Part shown: positions 51,480 through 64,000 of the stretch, in pieces
Position numbering within the stretch: the stretch's first letter is position 1
How the letters are laid out: each line of letters starts with the position of its first letter
Source: Lama guanicoe
Taxonomy: Eukaryota
Assembly (NCBI GenBank): GCA_013239625.1
Contig: MU055456.1
Location: 1,052,403 to 1,116,402 of the forward strand
Length of the DNA: 64,000 nt
Reading direction: 5' to 3'
The notes under the pieces: model-generated
What the model was told of the DNA's origin: nothing
The model's database searches: none
What the model saw: the letters and a program-made list of their open reading frames with translations, nothing else
Program-made: the position numbers and the translations under genes

Positions 51480-54469
51480 GTCTACACTTAGATTCAGACA
51501 GGAAAATGAAACACAACACGTTCATCATTACGTTGTCATCTCCAGTCCAACATCTTCCTTCGTGAAAAAGCTGACCATGACCCCAAACCACATTGACCAC
51601 TTCTGGTCCTGGATGCTGCTGGGAATGTGACTTTCAAATTATTTCACCACTATGATTTATGCTACTTTTTATTCTCTCCCTTTAAAAAGAGGGAAAAAAT
51701 TTAAAGCAACAAAAATCTGATGAGCAAAGGATGCCTTTCTGTTCTGTAGTGTGGAGCAATCACGGCTCCTCTCAAAGGCACCTTCTCCCGCTCAGATAAC
51801 GAGAAGCTCTGAGTCTTTGGCAGGAAGGAAATCCACCAGGCTAGCAGAAAGGGAGTTCGCTTTTTCCTTCCCAGAGGACTAGGTTTGAAATCTAGGTCAT
51901 CTGCAGCATGGGTAGGTGGGGCACCCTCACAGGAAGACCCCCGCCCCTCCCACTCTGAATCTGGACAGCAAGGTCTATGTTGGGGTCACCTGAGGAAAGA
52001 TATCTCCCAGGGAGAGTGGGGACCCCAGAGACACCCAGCCTAGGGGCTTGAATTCATATCATGTGTGGGAGGCGCTAAAGCACCGTGTAGGAAACGTTTC
52101 ACATTGGATGTACCTAAATTCCCAAGCCCAGGGGTGAGTAAGCTTTGGGGGAGGATAAGTGAGCAAAAACATCTATCCTGGCAAAATAGCTGAAAAGAGT
52201 TCCCAGGTTAAGGCTGGGGAAAAAAAAACAACATAAAGGAGATGACCCTTTTTTTCTCCTATTCAGACATGTGGTGAGCAAGTCAAAATTAGCTCAAACT
52301 GAGAAAGTAAAAATCCACAAATGCGGACACAAATTCGGATACAGCCAGATGCAAAATGAACCGGAAATAGTATCTCTCCCAAGCACACGCTACAGCTGGA
52401 AAGGGCCCTAGCAACCGCCTTCTCTGGGTGACTACCGCTTTCCTATTCCCTGGAAAAGTCTGTCCTCTAAGACCACAGACTATCAGAAGCTTTGCTTTCC
52501 TATATTGTATCAGTAAGAATGAGTTCCAAGAAACAAGTCACTTTGACACAGAAAAGAAGCCTTGGTTCCCTGCACACGTGCAGGGCCTCATATAAGGGGT
52601 TCTGGACACAGCCCCACACATCTGTCTTAAGTCAGTGGTTCCCAAAGAAACAGGACCTGGGTCCAGCTCACAGACCAGATTCGATTTTCCCATTCACACA
52701 GCCCCGTTTTGCTTTGACCCTCCCAAACCACTGCTGCTTCATTTACATTTCACTCAATTTCACCTCTCCTCCAAATCTGTAACTGCTCTTTTTTCTTTTG
52801 TTTGGTGCAACGCTCCACAGGGCCTCCAGCGCAACCTCCTTGTTGCAATAAGCCCCTAAGCCTGACTGTGTCAGACAAGCCTGGTTTGCCCCCGGCACTC
52901 GGGCTGACTGGGCTGGAGCTGTGGCTGGAAAGAACAAAGGATCTGTCAAGCCCCACAGACCAACTACTGCTGACCCACCAAAAATCCAAAATACGCTCCA
53001 GGGTCTTATGTGAACAAATGTTCTTTTCCTTCTGGTGACTGTGCATTTGGGAAAAGAGATCTGTGGCTACCATGCTGCTTTTACAAGACTCTGAGACAGA
53101 GCCTGCTAAATTGCAAGTCATTTCAAATTCTCCACTTGCTCAGTCACCACTGCTGTCAGTGCCAGTGAGCCCATGGGACCTTTCTGGACTGTATGGTGGG
53201 GAGATGGAGCAGAAGACACAGTCCCCACCGTGAGGGACCAATTACAGCCACGAGGCACTATGTGTCACTATCACAGGGGACAACTCCTAAGAAGCGAGTC
53301 AAATGCCAAAGTGATCAGAAAGGTGGTACAGGTGACTGGTGATAACGTGGGGGGAGGTTAAGCAGGCAACATTTAGCCTTTGCCCCCCATTATCATGTAT
53401 TCAGAAGCCTGACCTGCCTTTGTACAAATTCAGTCAAGGATGATTTTTTTCTCTAACCCACCTGCTCCCATGATCCTGTGAATCTCTAAGACTGAACTGT
53501 TTGTTCAGGAAGATGCTAAATAATCCTTTCTCCAGGCTATTTTTTTTAATCTCACGGAGGCCACAAATCTGCACCAATTGTAGAAAGAAAGAGGGGAACT
53601 CCAGATGTGGCAGGCTGGAGGAACCTTGGGACACTTCACTGATGAATATTTAGACAGTTTTCCTCTTGTTATGAAAATTATGGCAATTTGTTCCACAGCA
53701 TGCATTTCAGATGAATTTCAATATCATAAAAGCTTTATTGGGGGAGGGGAGATGATGCGAGTTGTTTAAATAAATCCTGATCAGCTGAGTTTCACTTTCT
53801 CTCAGACGATACCAATTCACATGACCATTTTTTGAATCATCAGAACTCGTACTTGTGACGTGGACTTGTATTTTAGTGTGCTAAGGAGCCAGCTTGGCGG
53901 GAAGGGACTTCTCTCCTCTGTACCTCTGGGCAATTTTTGTTACACGTGTGACTTCCAACCAGAAGGAAGGAGATGGTGCTGTCACCAAGCTCATGGTCAT
54001 TTCTGATAGTGGGTCAGCACTCCATGTCCTTCCACCTGAACTTGGGTGTTGCATCAAATTCCAGAAGCAGTGAAAGGTTCCAAATGGAGGGGACTTTTTA
54101 GTGAACTTGGATGCCTGGCAGAAATCATGGGAGAACAAACACCGCAGAATTTGCTCTTTACAATGAAAGGCAGAGAGTGTGGGAGGGAAGAGATTAAACT
54201 TCAGAAATTCTTGCTCTGGGTCCACGAAAAATGTCTGTCAATAAACATCTTTCAAGGCTTCGCTGACAGTGATAATTCGGCCTGACCTACTTCCCTGCTT
54301 ACGTACAGATTTATACCTGCGACATCTATGCCAAATGACATCTTATATTCTACTGAATTGTTCACATCTTTCTTTTGTCTCTCCCACTGGCTGATCAAGT
54401 CTTCTGAATGCAGAAAACTCTCACTCTAAATTCTGAAGCTTTTGGAATTCAATCAGAGAGGGAAGATGC

Positions 54470-54630
54470 TGGGAGAAACCTTAGGGCTTCTCTCTAGTAC
54501 AACCCTCTGACTTCACAAATAATGCAGACAATGAAAAGAGAGGCCAGAGAAATAAAATGATTTGCCCAAGGTCACATAGCTAGCTAATAACAGAGCTAGT
54601 CCCAGAACCTGTGCTTCCTGACTCTTGGCC
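54470..54630 (-). mobile_element. MIR/MIR3 fragment
   Basis: gaggccagaga...tgatttgcccaaggtcacatagctag...cagaacc...cctgactc. Confidence 0.65.
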
Positions 54631-54856
54631 AAAACCCTGTAAAACACCACCCACCCTGTAAAACCACTCTTTATTAACAACCCGCCCCCACTCTGTGATG
54701 CATCTGGAGATGGACGTAGTTAACAGATCCTTGTAGGACCGAACCAAGCTTGGGCTGAGTCAGGATCCTCCCACAGGCTCAAGGGAGCTGAGCATTCAGA
54801 ACTGTATTAATATCCAGGCCTGGGAAGCCCATCTTAGATCCCAGAATTACTTTCAA

Positions 54857-55187
54857 ACTACGCTGTCCAATATGGTGGCTGCTAGGCACATATGGCTACT
54901 GGGCATTCAAAATGCAGCTTGTCCAAGTCGAGCTGCAGAATACATGGAAAATACACCCTGGATAGGGAAGACGTATATGAAAAAAGAATGAAAGCATCTC
55001 ATTTGATAACTTTATGTGGATTACATATTGAAAGGATAATACTTTGGATTACTGAGTTAAATAAATACATTTAAATTAAGTACACCTGTTTTTTTAAACA
55101 TGTTTTTCTTTTTTTTTTAAAATGTGGCTAGAAAATATAAAATCATGTATGTGGTTCCCATAGTATTTCTACTGGCCAGCAGTGCTG
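54857..55187 (+). mobile_element. MER33-like hAT-Charlie DNA transposon
   Basis: Termini gctgtccaatatggtggc... and ...tatttctactggccagcagtgctg; about 330 bp. Confidence 0.75.
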
Positions 55188-55889
55188 TAAAACACAGCTA
55201 ATTCCCTCCACTCCCACCGCCTAATCCTTCCAAAAATGACTTGAGTCTCTTGCCTGCAGACATTACAGAGGGTGGAAAAAAAACAGCAAGAACATGCTCT
55301 TATCTGAAGGCCAGTTCTTGAGGCCCAAGGATTAGTCATTTCAGCATGCCCTGCAGACTGCTCTGTTTTGTGCCACATCCTTACAAGTGACTCTCAGGTC
55401 CCTCCTGCTCAGCCTGCCCCCAAAGCAACTCACAAGTCACGCAAGGTTCTATTTACTCTGCAGAGAGAAGAACAATCTATAGGGAATTTCTATTTCACTT
55501 CTATTGAAACTCTTTTCCATTAAAGAAAAAATTCCCTAGTTCTCAGATGATTATTTCTGCAAACATGAGTGAGGCTGGTGAAGACCGCTGGTTGTCACAT
55601 GTCATGAGGATGGACTATCCCAGGGACCACATTCCAATTACCTTTGGGGTTTGACAAGTCTTCCCCACCTCCTGCCCATCCCCTACTCTAGCAACTTGCC
55701 TTATAACCCAGATCATTTATAAGCTTGTCAATAGCCAGAACTCCAGAAGCAGCAGCTGAACGGAAAGGACAGGCTATTGGCCAACACGAGAAAATGTTAT
55801 CAGAAATGGTTAAACTTGTAATTCTTGAAAAAAAAATTTTAGGACTCTTCCAAGAATCTTGAAGGTTTTAGTGTCTAAAGGCAGGTTTT

Positions 55890-56040
55890 GGAGGGAGGGC
55901 ATAGCTCAGTGGTAGAGTGCGTGCTTAGCATACAGGAGGTCCTGGGTTCAATCCCCAGCACCTCCATTAAATCAATCAATCAACAAATCTAATTACCTCC
56001 CTACCCCACCTCCAAAAAAAAAAAATGAAAAATGAAAAAA
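55890..56040 (+). mobile_element. tRNA-Ala-derived SINE (camelid Vic-1-like) with target-site duplication
   Basis: tRNA head with A box (TAGCTCAGTGG) and B box (GGTTCAATCC), (TCAA)n linker, A-rich tail; flanking TAAAGGCAGGTTT (55876-55888) and TAAAGGCAAGTTT (56041-56053). Confidence 0.85.
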
Positions 56041-56127
56041 TAAAGGCAAGTTTGGCATGCTAAGCCTACAACCCATATGAATAAATGCAGGACCAGTTTC
56101 TTTTTAGGACCATCTATAAGCTCAAAA

Positions 56128-56298
56128 CAGTCGTTCTCAAAGTGTGGGCCCTAGTGCAGGAGCAGCGGATGCACCTGGGAATTTGTTGGAAAAGCAAAAT
56201 TTCAGGTCCTACCCCAGACCTACGGGCCAAGAAATACTGGAGGTAGGGCACAGCTCTCCAGGTGATTCTGGGGCACACTCAAGTTTGAGAACTGCTGG
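56128..56298 (+). mobile_element. MER5A-like DNA transposon
   Basis: cagtcgttctcaaagtgtgg...cacctgggaatttgtt...ccaggtgattct...aagtttgagaactgctg. Confidence 0.8.
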
Positions 56299-56817
56299 AT
56301 TAGAGCATTAGACTAGTGTGCTTTCTGCCTATTATCCCGAGTCTGACTGTACCATCAACAGGTAAAAAGCATACAGACCTCATCTGACCCTTAAACATTA
56401 AGACAGAGCTCAAGCAGCTGCATTGGTATCACCTATGAACTTCTTTATCTAAACCACCATTTTTGGCTTGGCAAGTCCTGGAAATTCATTTTCTTATGTC
56501 TAAGGCAGTATTCCTTATTTGCTCTCAAAACTACCTGTTTGGCACTGCAAAAGGAGTTCCTGGTATGTTTTTCTGCAATTAAAAGAATAAATCTATGGCT
56601 GCTCTTACATTAATCATAATTACATACACATGATACATCTTCTCTCTATCTTTGGCTTCCCAAACTAGATTAATAGTCTATCCACGCTATCCTCGTAAGG
56701 AAAGCTGAAGCTGAAAAAAAAAAGAAAGTAAAATCCCTAGAAGGAATTGAAGTCCTCGTTTCTGACTAGAGCACGTTCAGAACATTCCAGTTATTAGAAG
56801 AATGACTAAAGGAATTG

Positions 56818-56982
56818 GAGAATTGCCAGATTTAGCAAATACAAACACAGGATGTCCAGCTACATTTGAATTTCAGATAAACAACCCATATTGCATGGGA
56901 CATACTCATAACCAAGAATTTACTCATTATTTATCTGAAATTCAAATGTAACTGGGTATCCCATATTTTATCTGGCAACTCT
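56818..56982. mobile_element. MER53 palindromic MITE with internal deletion
   Basis: Terminal inverted repeats TTGCCAGAT/ATCTGGCAA and long inverted arms at 56850-56885 and 56926-56961. Confidence 0.85.
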
Positions 56983-57589
56983 AGAATCAAGAATACTAAC
57001 CGTTGGGCAGGTTTGGGGAGACAACTGTCCTGAAAAGCTTAAGACTGTTAGGGGAAAAATGGGCTAACATCACTAGAGATCCAGAGACTACCACTCCTGG
57101 GTAAAAATTACAGGAAGTGCATACGTGGCTCAAGAGAAGAAAGGCATCTGATCTGGAGGGATTCAAGCAGAGATGTGCTGAGGAGGCTCGAAGGACGTCA
57201 AGCTGTGGGAGTGTTGGTTGAGTGGTTAGGCTGGAAGATAAGGCCTCTCTGACTCAAAGGCTTGTGAATCCTTAAATTGCTTGAGTTGCCATTCTCTAGA
57301 ATCTTCCTGCCTCCTGAACTATGCAAACTGCTCTGGGTAGACACGGATAAGCCCTGGCTCAGCATGTGGGTGAGCTATATATGGCAGGAAAGAACCTTGT
57401 TCCATCAAACTAATCTAACTTGTCCCTCCACCCCATCCACCCACTGGTAGGACCTAATGAAACATATTTGTGCATTTTTTCCAATGTGCTTTAAAAAGCC
57501 ATTAAGATTATGTAAGGATGTTTCAAAAGTGTGTCAATGATTAGAAAACCCTTCACTGCTTTCAAACATAAAATAAAGAGGAAACTCAC

Positions 57590-57665
57590 TCTTTGTCCTG
57601 CTGTCCATTTCTGTTTTTGACGAGTCTGGAGTAGCTGTCGTTGGAGGTAACTTCTTGCCAATAGT
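57590..57665 (-). CDS. SH3KBP1: SH3KBP1 coding exon (~exon 7, 76 nt), linker before SH3C
   Basis: Pyrimidine tract + cag|ACTATTGGC...ACAAAGA|gtgagt; encodes [25 protein letters not shown] + 1 nt (phase 0 to 1). Confidence 0.96.
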
Positions 57666-59959
57666 CTGAGGGGGGAAAAAAGAGGATTTTACTTATCAAG
57701 ATGATTCTCTCCATTAAGCAAAGGAATAAAAAAAAATCCAGATCATAATGACGAAATGCTCACAACTGGTCCTAAAAAGCGTACACTTCAGTTTCTGTAC
57801 TGCTCTGTGTATTGGCTGCCCTGGTTCAACAGGTCTGAACCTCAGTGAGAAATAAGTGGGAAAACCAGGTAAAAAGGGCTTTATACTTGCAGGCACTCCG
57901 TACCTTTTATCCCCATTCCTCCTTGGTGCTTATTAAAAGGTTGATTCTGTTCAGTAGAGAAGATGAGTACATTTCCCCTCATTTTATGAGAAGCTGACCG
58001 AATCTCCGGAGGCACAGCACCCAGCCCAGAGGAGGGGCTCGGAAGTGCCTACAGTGTGGAAGGATGGCAGGAAGAGGGAAGGGATAAAAAGACAGGAAGG
58101 AAAAAGGGATGGAGGAATGGACGGCCAGAAGGATAGACAGATGGACATGCAGGAGGAAGGACAGGTAAGAGGCCAGAGTGTCCAGAGCAACTGTGCCTTG
58201 TTGTGTCTCCTTCTAGCCATCTCTGGTTCCACCTGCCTTGTAGCTGTGAGCAAACACGCTCCTGTCCTCCAGGCCGGGTCTGTCTGCCCCCAGGGTGGAG
58301 CGAGGAGGGCCAGCAGCTCCCTCCCCCACCCCCACCAGGGCTCTGGGAAAGGCCAAAGCGGCAGACCTGAAGCATCTAGTCAGTAGTTTAAAAAAAAATA
58401 CATGAGTTTGTTTTGAGTTCATTTCCTTTCCTTCATTCATAGCTAATTCCATTATCACTCACTATTTATGAACCATCCCTAGAAAAGATTGGATATTGTC
58501 TCTGACTAAAGATATTCCCCCGAACACAGGCAACTCAGCAGCTCAAAGCAACAAAAACGAAAGACAAGATGACAAGCAAAACGATGGCTCCAAAGGTGAG
58601 GTCTACTCCCACTCTTCTCCTTGGCCATCGCATGTGGGTGATCATGATTAATGCCTGAGGAAAATGTCCACCGATACCAGGGCAACAGCTGTCAACACCA
58701 AGCAGCTGCGGGCATCAACCTCTCCAACAATGAAGAGTTTCCCCAGTGAGAATCCCAGCCACTGGGAAAACCAAACACATCTGCCCCTTGAACAGACGAA
58801 GAGGAATGAACTGCATAATTCAAAATCTGGCACGCTGACATGTTTCTTCAAATACAACGGATTCACCACCGTTTTTAATTTGAAAAAGTTCTTCATGCTT
58901 CAAATGCAGAAACTAACATTAAAGATGAATAAATCACAGAAAGAGGGTAAGATAAATCTAATCCTCAGCCCTTCATGAATTTTTAAAAACATTTGTGACA
59001 GAAAGCCTTTACATTTTACACGGTGACATTTTTATTTAGTGCCACAGGGCTTTCTATATTGGATAAAAAATGAAACCCCAAATATTATGCCATTCCTCAA
59101 CCGCCACTAAGTACTCAAACCAATCACACTGTGTGATTCCGAGGAAACGTCAAGGAGGAAGAAAGCTTGTTATTTGGCCATAAGGTTAAATTTGATGAAA
59201 AACCGTTCTGAGAATTATCTTGAAAAATCAGGAATTGACAGTCAAATAGATGCTGTCATAGTGTCATTCATATTTCTGTTCACACATCCAACAGTATCCC
59301 CATCGTTCTCTTTCTTTTTCCCTTTTGGCGACCAGAATAAAGCATCACTATCGTTAACATATTAGGAAGAAGAAAACAAAAACAACAAATACTTCCATTA
59401 TTACTGACAGTAGGGAGAGGAAATCAGGAAAATACAGCGGTGAACACTACGCCCAATCTTAGCTTTGTTTCCTTTCCTGAAAAAAGGGAGACCTCCAATG
59501 GTTTGGGTTTTAAGCCAGATGTTTCCTTTAGAGAAACTTTCACAGGTTGTGTATTTTTACGACGCCCTCTTATTTAGTAACAAAAGGAAGTGCTGCCCTC
59601 CATCTCTGGTGTCCTCATTTACCAGGCCGTCTAAGCCGACAGACATCAAGAAAGGCCACCAGTTTGGTACACTTACTTCCAAATAGAAAGACGTAAGAAA
59701 GCAAAGCTTACTCTATTCTTTTTTTTCTTGCTATTTCAAAAAACACAGCCCATTGGCCTCTGCGTGGATCCCAGTATCGGGGTAGGGGGTGAAGCTGATC
59801 CTGCACTCATTTTCTGGGGCTGCTAGATCTTAACTCCTTTCTTCTTCCTCCTGGACCATGATTGAATGTCCACAGTAAGGCAAGTTCTTCCCCTCTCAGC
59901 CTGGTCTTCCAAGGGTCCCAGAGATGGGAGCCGTTCAGGTGTTTTTCTCTTCTCTAGGA

Positions 59960-60148
59960 CCCAGACCTAGAGAAGTGTGGTTTCCAGACCAGCAGCACCA
60001 GCATCACCTGGAACTTGTTAGGAAGGCAAATTCCCAAGCCCCACCCCAGCCTTTCCCAATCAGAAACTCTGGGGATGGTGCCTGGCAGTCTCTGTCTGAA
60101 CACACCCTCCAGGAGATTCTGATGCATGCTCCAGTTTGAGAACCACCA
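59960..60148 (+). mobile_element. MER5A-like DNA transposon
   Basis: gaccagcagcaccagcatcacctggaacttgttaggaaggcaaatt...aatcagaaactctggg...gtttgagaaccac. Confidence 0.8.
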
Positions 60149-62271
60149 ACCTGGATGTAGGAGAGATTCTATTAGCACTAACCAAATACCTTTTCTTGGA
60201 TAAACAAGTTAGGCACCTATTCTCATACTTAGACAAATAATAGAACATCTTCTCCACTCTTCTTCCTCTCTTCTCTACCTCCTTCCACCAAATGCCTTCC
60301 ACCTTCTCTTTTTCACTGGCATAAGAACTCGTCATTGCCAGTAAATGAGTCAGTTCAGAGAGAAAATGGAGTTTAGTAGAGCAGACAATGTGACAATATG
60401 ACTGAGGGAGAAAAGGAGGGGAGCATAGGTGGCCATGAGACCCTTCTCCCAAGGAGTACTGAAAGGACGGATGGACAGATGGAAGAATGGATGGTAAGAG
60501 TGGTTTTGAATCAAAAATGGAAGACTGCATCTAGCCTCTCAGGGCTCGGACTATCTTGAAGACCAAGTGGGAAGATCCCCTTGACGGCACCAACCTTCCA
60601 GGACAGCCAAGCTCTGCTGCTACTCTGTGGCGTTTCCCTTTACTGGCATTTTGGGTAGGGCATTTCTTCATTGTAGACTCACACACTGAAGGGCAGTGAG
60701 CAACCCTTGCTCCTGCTCACCAATGGCCTACAGTGCTCCTTCATCTTGTGTCCACCCCAAACACCCTACATCTTTCCAAACACCCCATTTGAGAACCTCT
60801 ACCCCCTGCCCTTCCTCTAAATACAAGAACAAAGACAAAAGGTAGTGAATGACTGCTTTCTCACCAAGCTTCCAGCTTCCCTACCTCTGTAAATATCTTT
60901 GGTCCACTGGGCTAAACATGAACAGAAACCCCAACTTGTACAGGACACACGTCATGAGAGTGAGGCCTAGCTCCAGTACACACAGAGGTCATAGACAACT
61001 GAAGGGCAGCCACAGTGCAGGTCTGAGGGAACAGGAAAATCAGAGTGTCATATCCCTACATCTCTCATCACCCTGCAGGCAGTAAAGAAGGATGCTAGGC
61101 TTGCAGTGGCTCTGGAAGAGGATCAGGAGCTCCACTTGAGGCTTCCTTGGCACAGTTCAGAGTTCCTGCCCTCCTGGGTATCATAAAGGAGATGGTTTAT
61201 CCAGGACAAGCAAGCGCCATATACCGAGGGGCTGCGTGTCGATGCTGCTCAGGACGCAGCTCTTTCACCTCCTAAGAGGTCTGCAGACAGGCCCATTTTA
61301 CCATATGCCTGCTGAAGGAAGGATGCTCAGGCTCTGCTCTATAGCTCAGGCCAGTGTTTCCTTTTCTTTTCTGTGACGTGGCTAAAGACTTCCCAGTACC
61401 CACATCTGCGTTACTCTGGTCTGACCACCCCCCTCAGCTCAGAAGCTGCTGCTTGGTCTGGGAGTGGATGTACACATGGATGGCTGTAGGCAGCTGAGAG
61501 CTCTAGAGACCATTACTAACAACCTATGTCAACCCACAGTAATCACCAAGTCGGTGTCAACTTTTGTCTCTCCTGTCACATTCTAATCTCCATTTAAGGC
61601 TTGATTTTTTAAAAAACCCGATTCTAAAAAGAAGATAATTCAAAAAAGTCTTCCCTTTGAATATTTAAAAGCAGAACTCCCTCTCTTGTTAGCTCGCTTG
61701 ACAAAAGTACTAAATGCAGTTCGGGAGGGGGTGGTGGTTTTGTATACAGTAGGAGCATCACATATACTCGCAACTCTGTATGAGCTGCTAATACAGCATT
61801 AGGAAAAGATAATCCACATATGATTTCAGTTAGTAGAACAAGTAATTTTTTTTCTTCCCTGTGCCAAAATGAAGAAACTAATGCTTGTAGGAAAGACAAT
61901 CACTAGATTCTACTCTAATGGAATCCAGTTCCCTAATGACTAATTTATCTGTTTCTCTTCGTGACTGCTGGAACATGAGACCAGGATCCTGTTCAAACCA
62001 AGCACAAAATCCTCTGACTTGATTCTAATTCAGATGCAAACTCTTATGAGTGTAAAAAAGTTTCCAATTATAGGGTAATGCTAAGGAGAAGAAAGCATGG
62101 TTATCCCAAAGCCTGGTCATATACAGAAACAGAGAGACACAGGTTACAGGAGACAGCGGTGGGAAGAGAGACGAAACAGCACCTGAATATGACCATATGC
62201 ACAGCCTTTCGGTTCTCCTTTACCACCATAACTCAGAGAGACTCACAACTGCATTTAAAACTCACTGTGAA

Positions 62272-62995
62272 CTTTCTTAAAATTGAAGTTAGTTGATCTA
62301 CAATGTTGTGTTAATTTCAGGTGTACAGCAAAGTGTTATATATATATATATAGAGTATATATATATATACGCTTTTTCAGATTCTTTTTCATTATACGTT
62401 ATTACAAGATATTGAATATAGTTCCCTGTGCTATACAGTAGGACCTTGTTGTTTATGTATTTCATATGTAGTAGTGTGTATCTGCTAATCCCAAACTTGT
62501 AATTTATCCCCACCCCCTTTCCTCTTTGGTAACCATTAAGTTTGTTTTCTATGTCTGTGAGTCCGTTTCTGTTTTGTAAATAAGTTCATTTGTCTCATTT
62601 TTTAGATCCCACATATAAGTGACATCATATGATATTTGTCTTTCTCTATCTGACCTACTTAGTATGATCATCTCTAGGGCCATCCACGTGGCTGTAAATG
62701 GCACTATTTCATTTTTTATGGCTGAACAGTGTTCCATTGCGCACACACATACATACATACACACATACCACAACTTCTTTAACCAATCATCTGTAGATGG
62801 AGATTTAGGTTGCTTCCATGTTTCAGCGATTGTAAATAGTGCTGCTATGAACACTGGGGTGCATGTATCTTTTCAAATCAGTTTTTGTCTTTTCTGGATA
62901 TATGCCCAGGAGTGGGATTGCTGGATCATATGATAAGCCTATTTTTAGTTTTTTAAGGAACCTCCATACTGTTCTCCATAGTGGCTGCACCAATT
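62272..62995 (-). mobile_element. 5'-truncated LINE-1 (end of ORF2 + 3'UTR), relatively young
   Basis: ORF 62549..62854 reads [30 protein letters not shown], typical of the L1 ORF2 C-terminus; L1 3'UTR follows, with an internal (TA)n run near 62337-62369. Confidence 0.9.
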
Positions 62996-64000
62996 ATAAA
63001 CTTTTTTATATCTATTCTTACACACTCCTTTCATGAATATCTATGACTGGTGGTATTATGAAAAGTCTTCTTGGTGCTCAGCAGAGGGTGGTAGGAGCGG
63101 AGCAGAAGCCCTGCAAGCCAGCTGATGTCAGGACCAGAAGAGAACTAGCACAAGAGAGTCTCTGTACAACGGAGCACCCGTGCACTTCTAATGGAAGGCT
63201 TTTCTACTTGCTGGGACATTTACATGAGTAACTGTCAATTCGTCTGCTTTTGGTTGGCCCAGCTTAAATTAAATGACTTGATATCAACAGAAGATACACC
63301 AGAGTAAAATACAACTCAAAATTCTAAAAATCAAATGCATGGTCCAGTAAAAGAAAAATACATTTGTGGTTCCATTCTAGGGATGGAGGTTACCTTTGAA
63401 ATACCTACATACCACTGTGTTAATTCCGACATCTCCAAAGAGGCATGCTTCACATAAGTCTATTTTAAACTTGGCTATAAGAAAAAGTAAAATGTAAGAA
63501 GTAATCTTCTGATTATGAAGCTGGGCTTAAGACTTCCAGTTATTCATGTAATATTTATTTCCCTGGTTGTCTTGAAAAGTTAGTGATAATTCAAGTTACA
63601 TTAAACCTCTTTGCCCAATCACAGTTAAAGACCTTGTCAGATTCAGAATTGCTTTAGAAGCATTTGTTAACTGTACACTTAGAAGTTTAACTGCTTTTCT
63701 CCCCCGTTCTCTTCAGAAATAGTGCCCTCCTTGAGAGGAGGACACAGATGTTAATCATTCTCTTATCTCCACAAAGTTGAGGGTCAGGAAGTGTCTTGTC
63801 TGCTGAATGGAGCTGGGAACTTGGCGATGCCATCCACTCACCCTTTGCCTTAGCGTTAGCATCCTACCACAACACAACAGGTAAATGAGGGGAGCTGTCC
63901 TCCTTGACAAACTAGACTCCTCTTGGAGCCCCACTGTTTGTCACTGTCATGCTCTTTCCAGCCTGGTCTCTGGTGACAGCACATTGTCCAGGATGTCTTC

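Noticed and set aside
55890-55966. tRNA-Ala(AGC)-like sequence as a real tRNA gene
   Set aside because: It has a SINE body, A-rich tail and TSD, mismatched stems, and no T-run terminator right after the tRNA part.
56894-56916. miR-1302-like mature sequence as a miRNA gene
   Set aside because: The complementary inner arm appears deleted and the sequence is antisense to the host transcript.
62549-62854. 101-aa ORF as a gene
   Set aside because: Decayed L1 ORF2 C-terminus in a 5'-truncated copy.

Overview
Mammalian genomic DNA, probably from a camelid (inferred from a tRNA-Ala-derived Vic-1-type SINE). The whole window lies inside SH3KBP1 (CIN85/Ruk), transcribed from the minus strand. Six constitutive coding exons (about exons 7-12 of the long isoform; 76, 95, 108, 52, 81 and 160 nt) join in frame with GT-AG boundaries. 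They encode the SH3B-SH3C linker, the third SH3 domain and the proline-rich region. The rest is intron with old interspersed repeats (L1, L2, MIR, MER5/20/33/46/53/58, MLT1, LTR16), a microsatellite and two assembly gaps. I see no evidence of a new gene or a self-contained novel system. The best leads concern isoforms and regulation: an in-frame 24-nt microexon candidate (ACQKFDQH); a 40-nt exon candidate that would both stop the long ORF and supply an in-frame ATG for an SH3C-first isoform; an exact 110-bp dispersed duplication that truncates a MER46C beside that exon; and a CpG-rich patch with two abutting convergent CTCF-like motifs. Exon numbering, repeat family names and repeat boundaries come from memory and by-eye recognition, so they are approximate.
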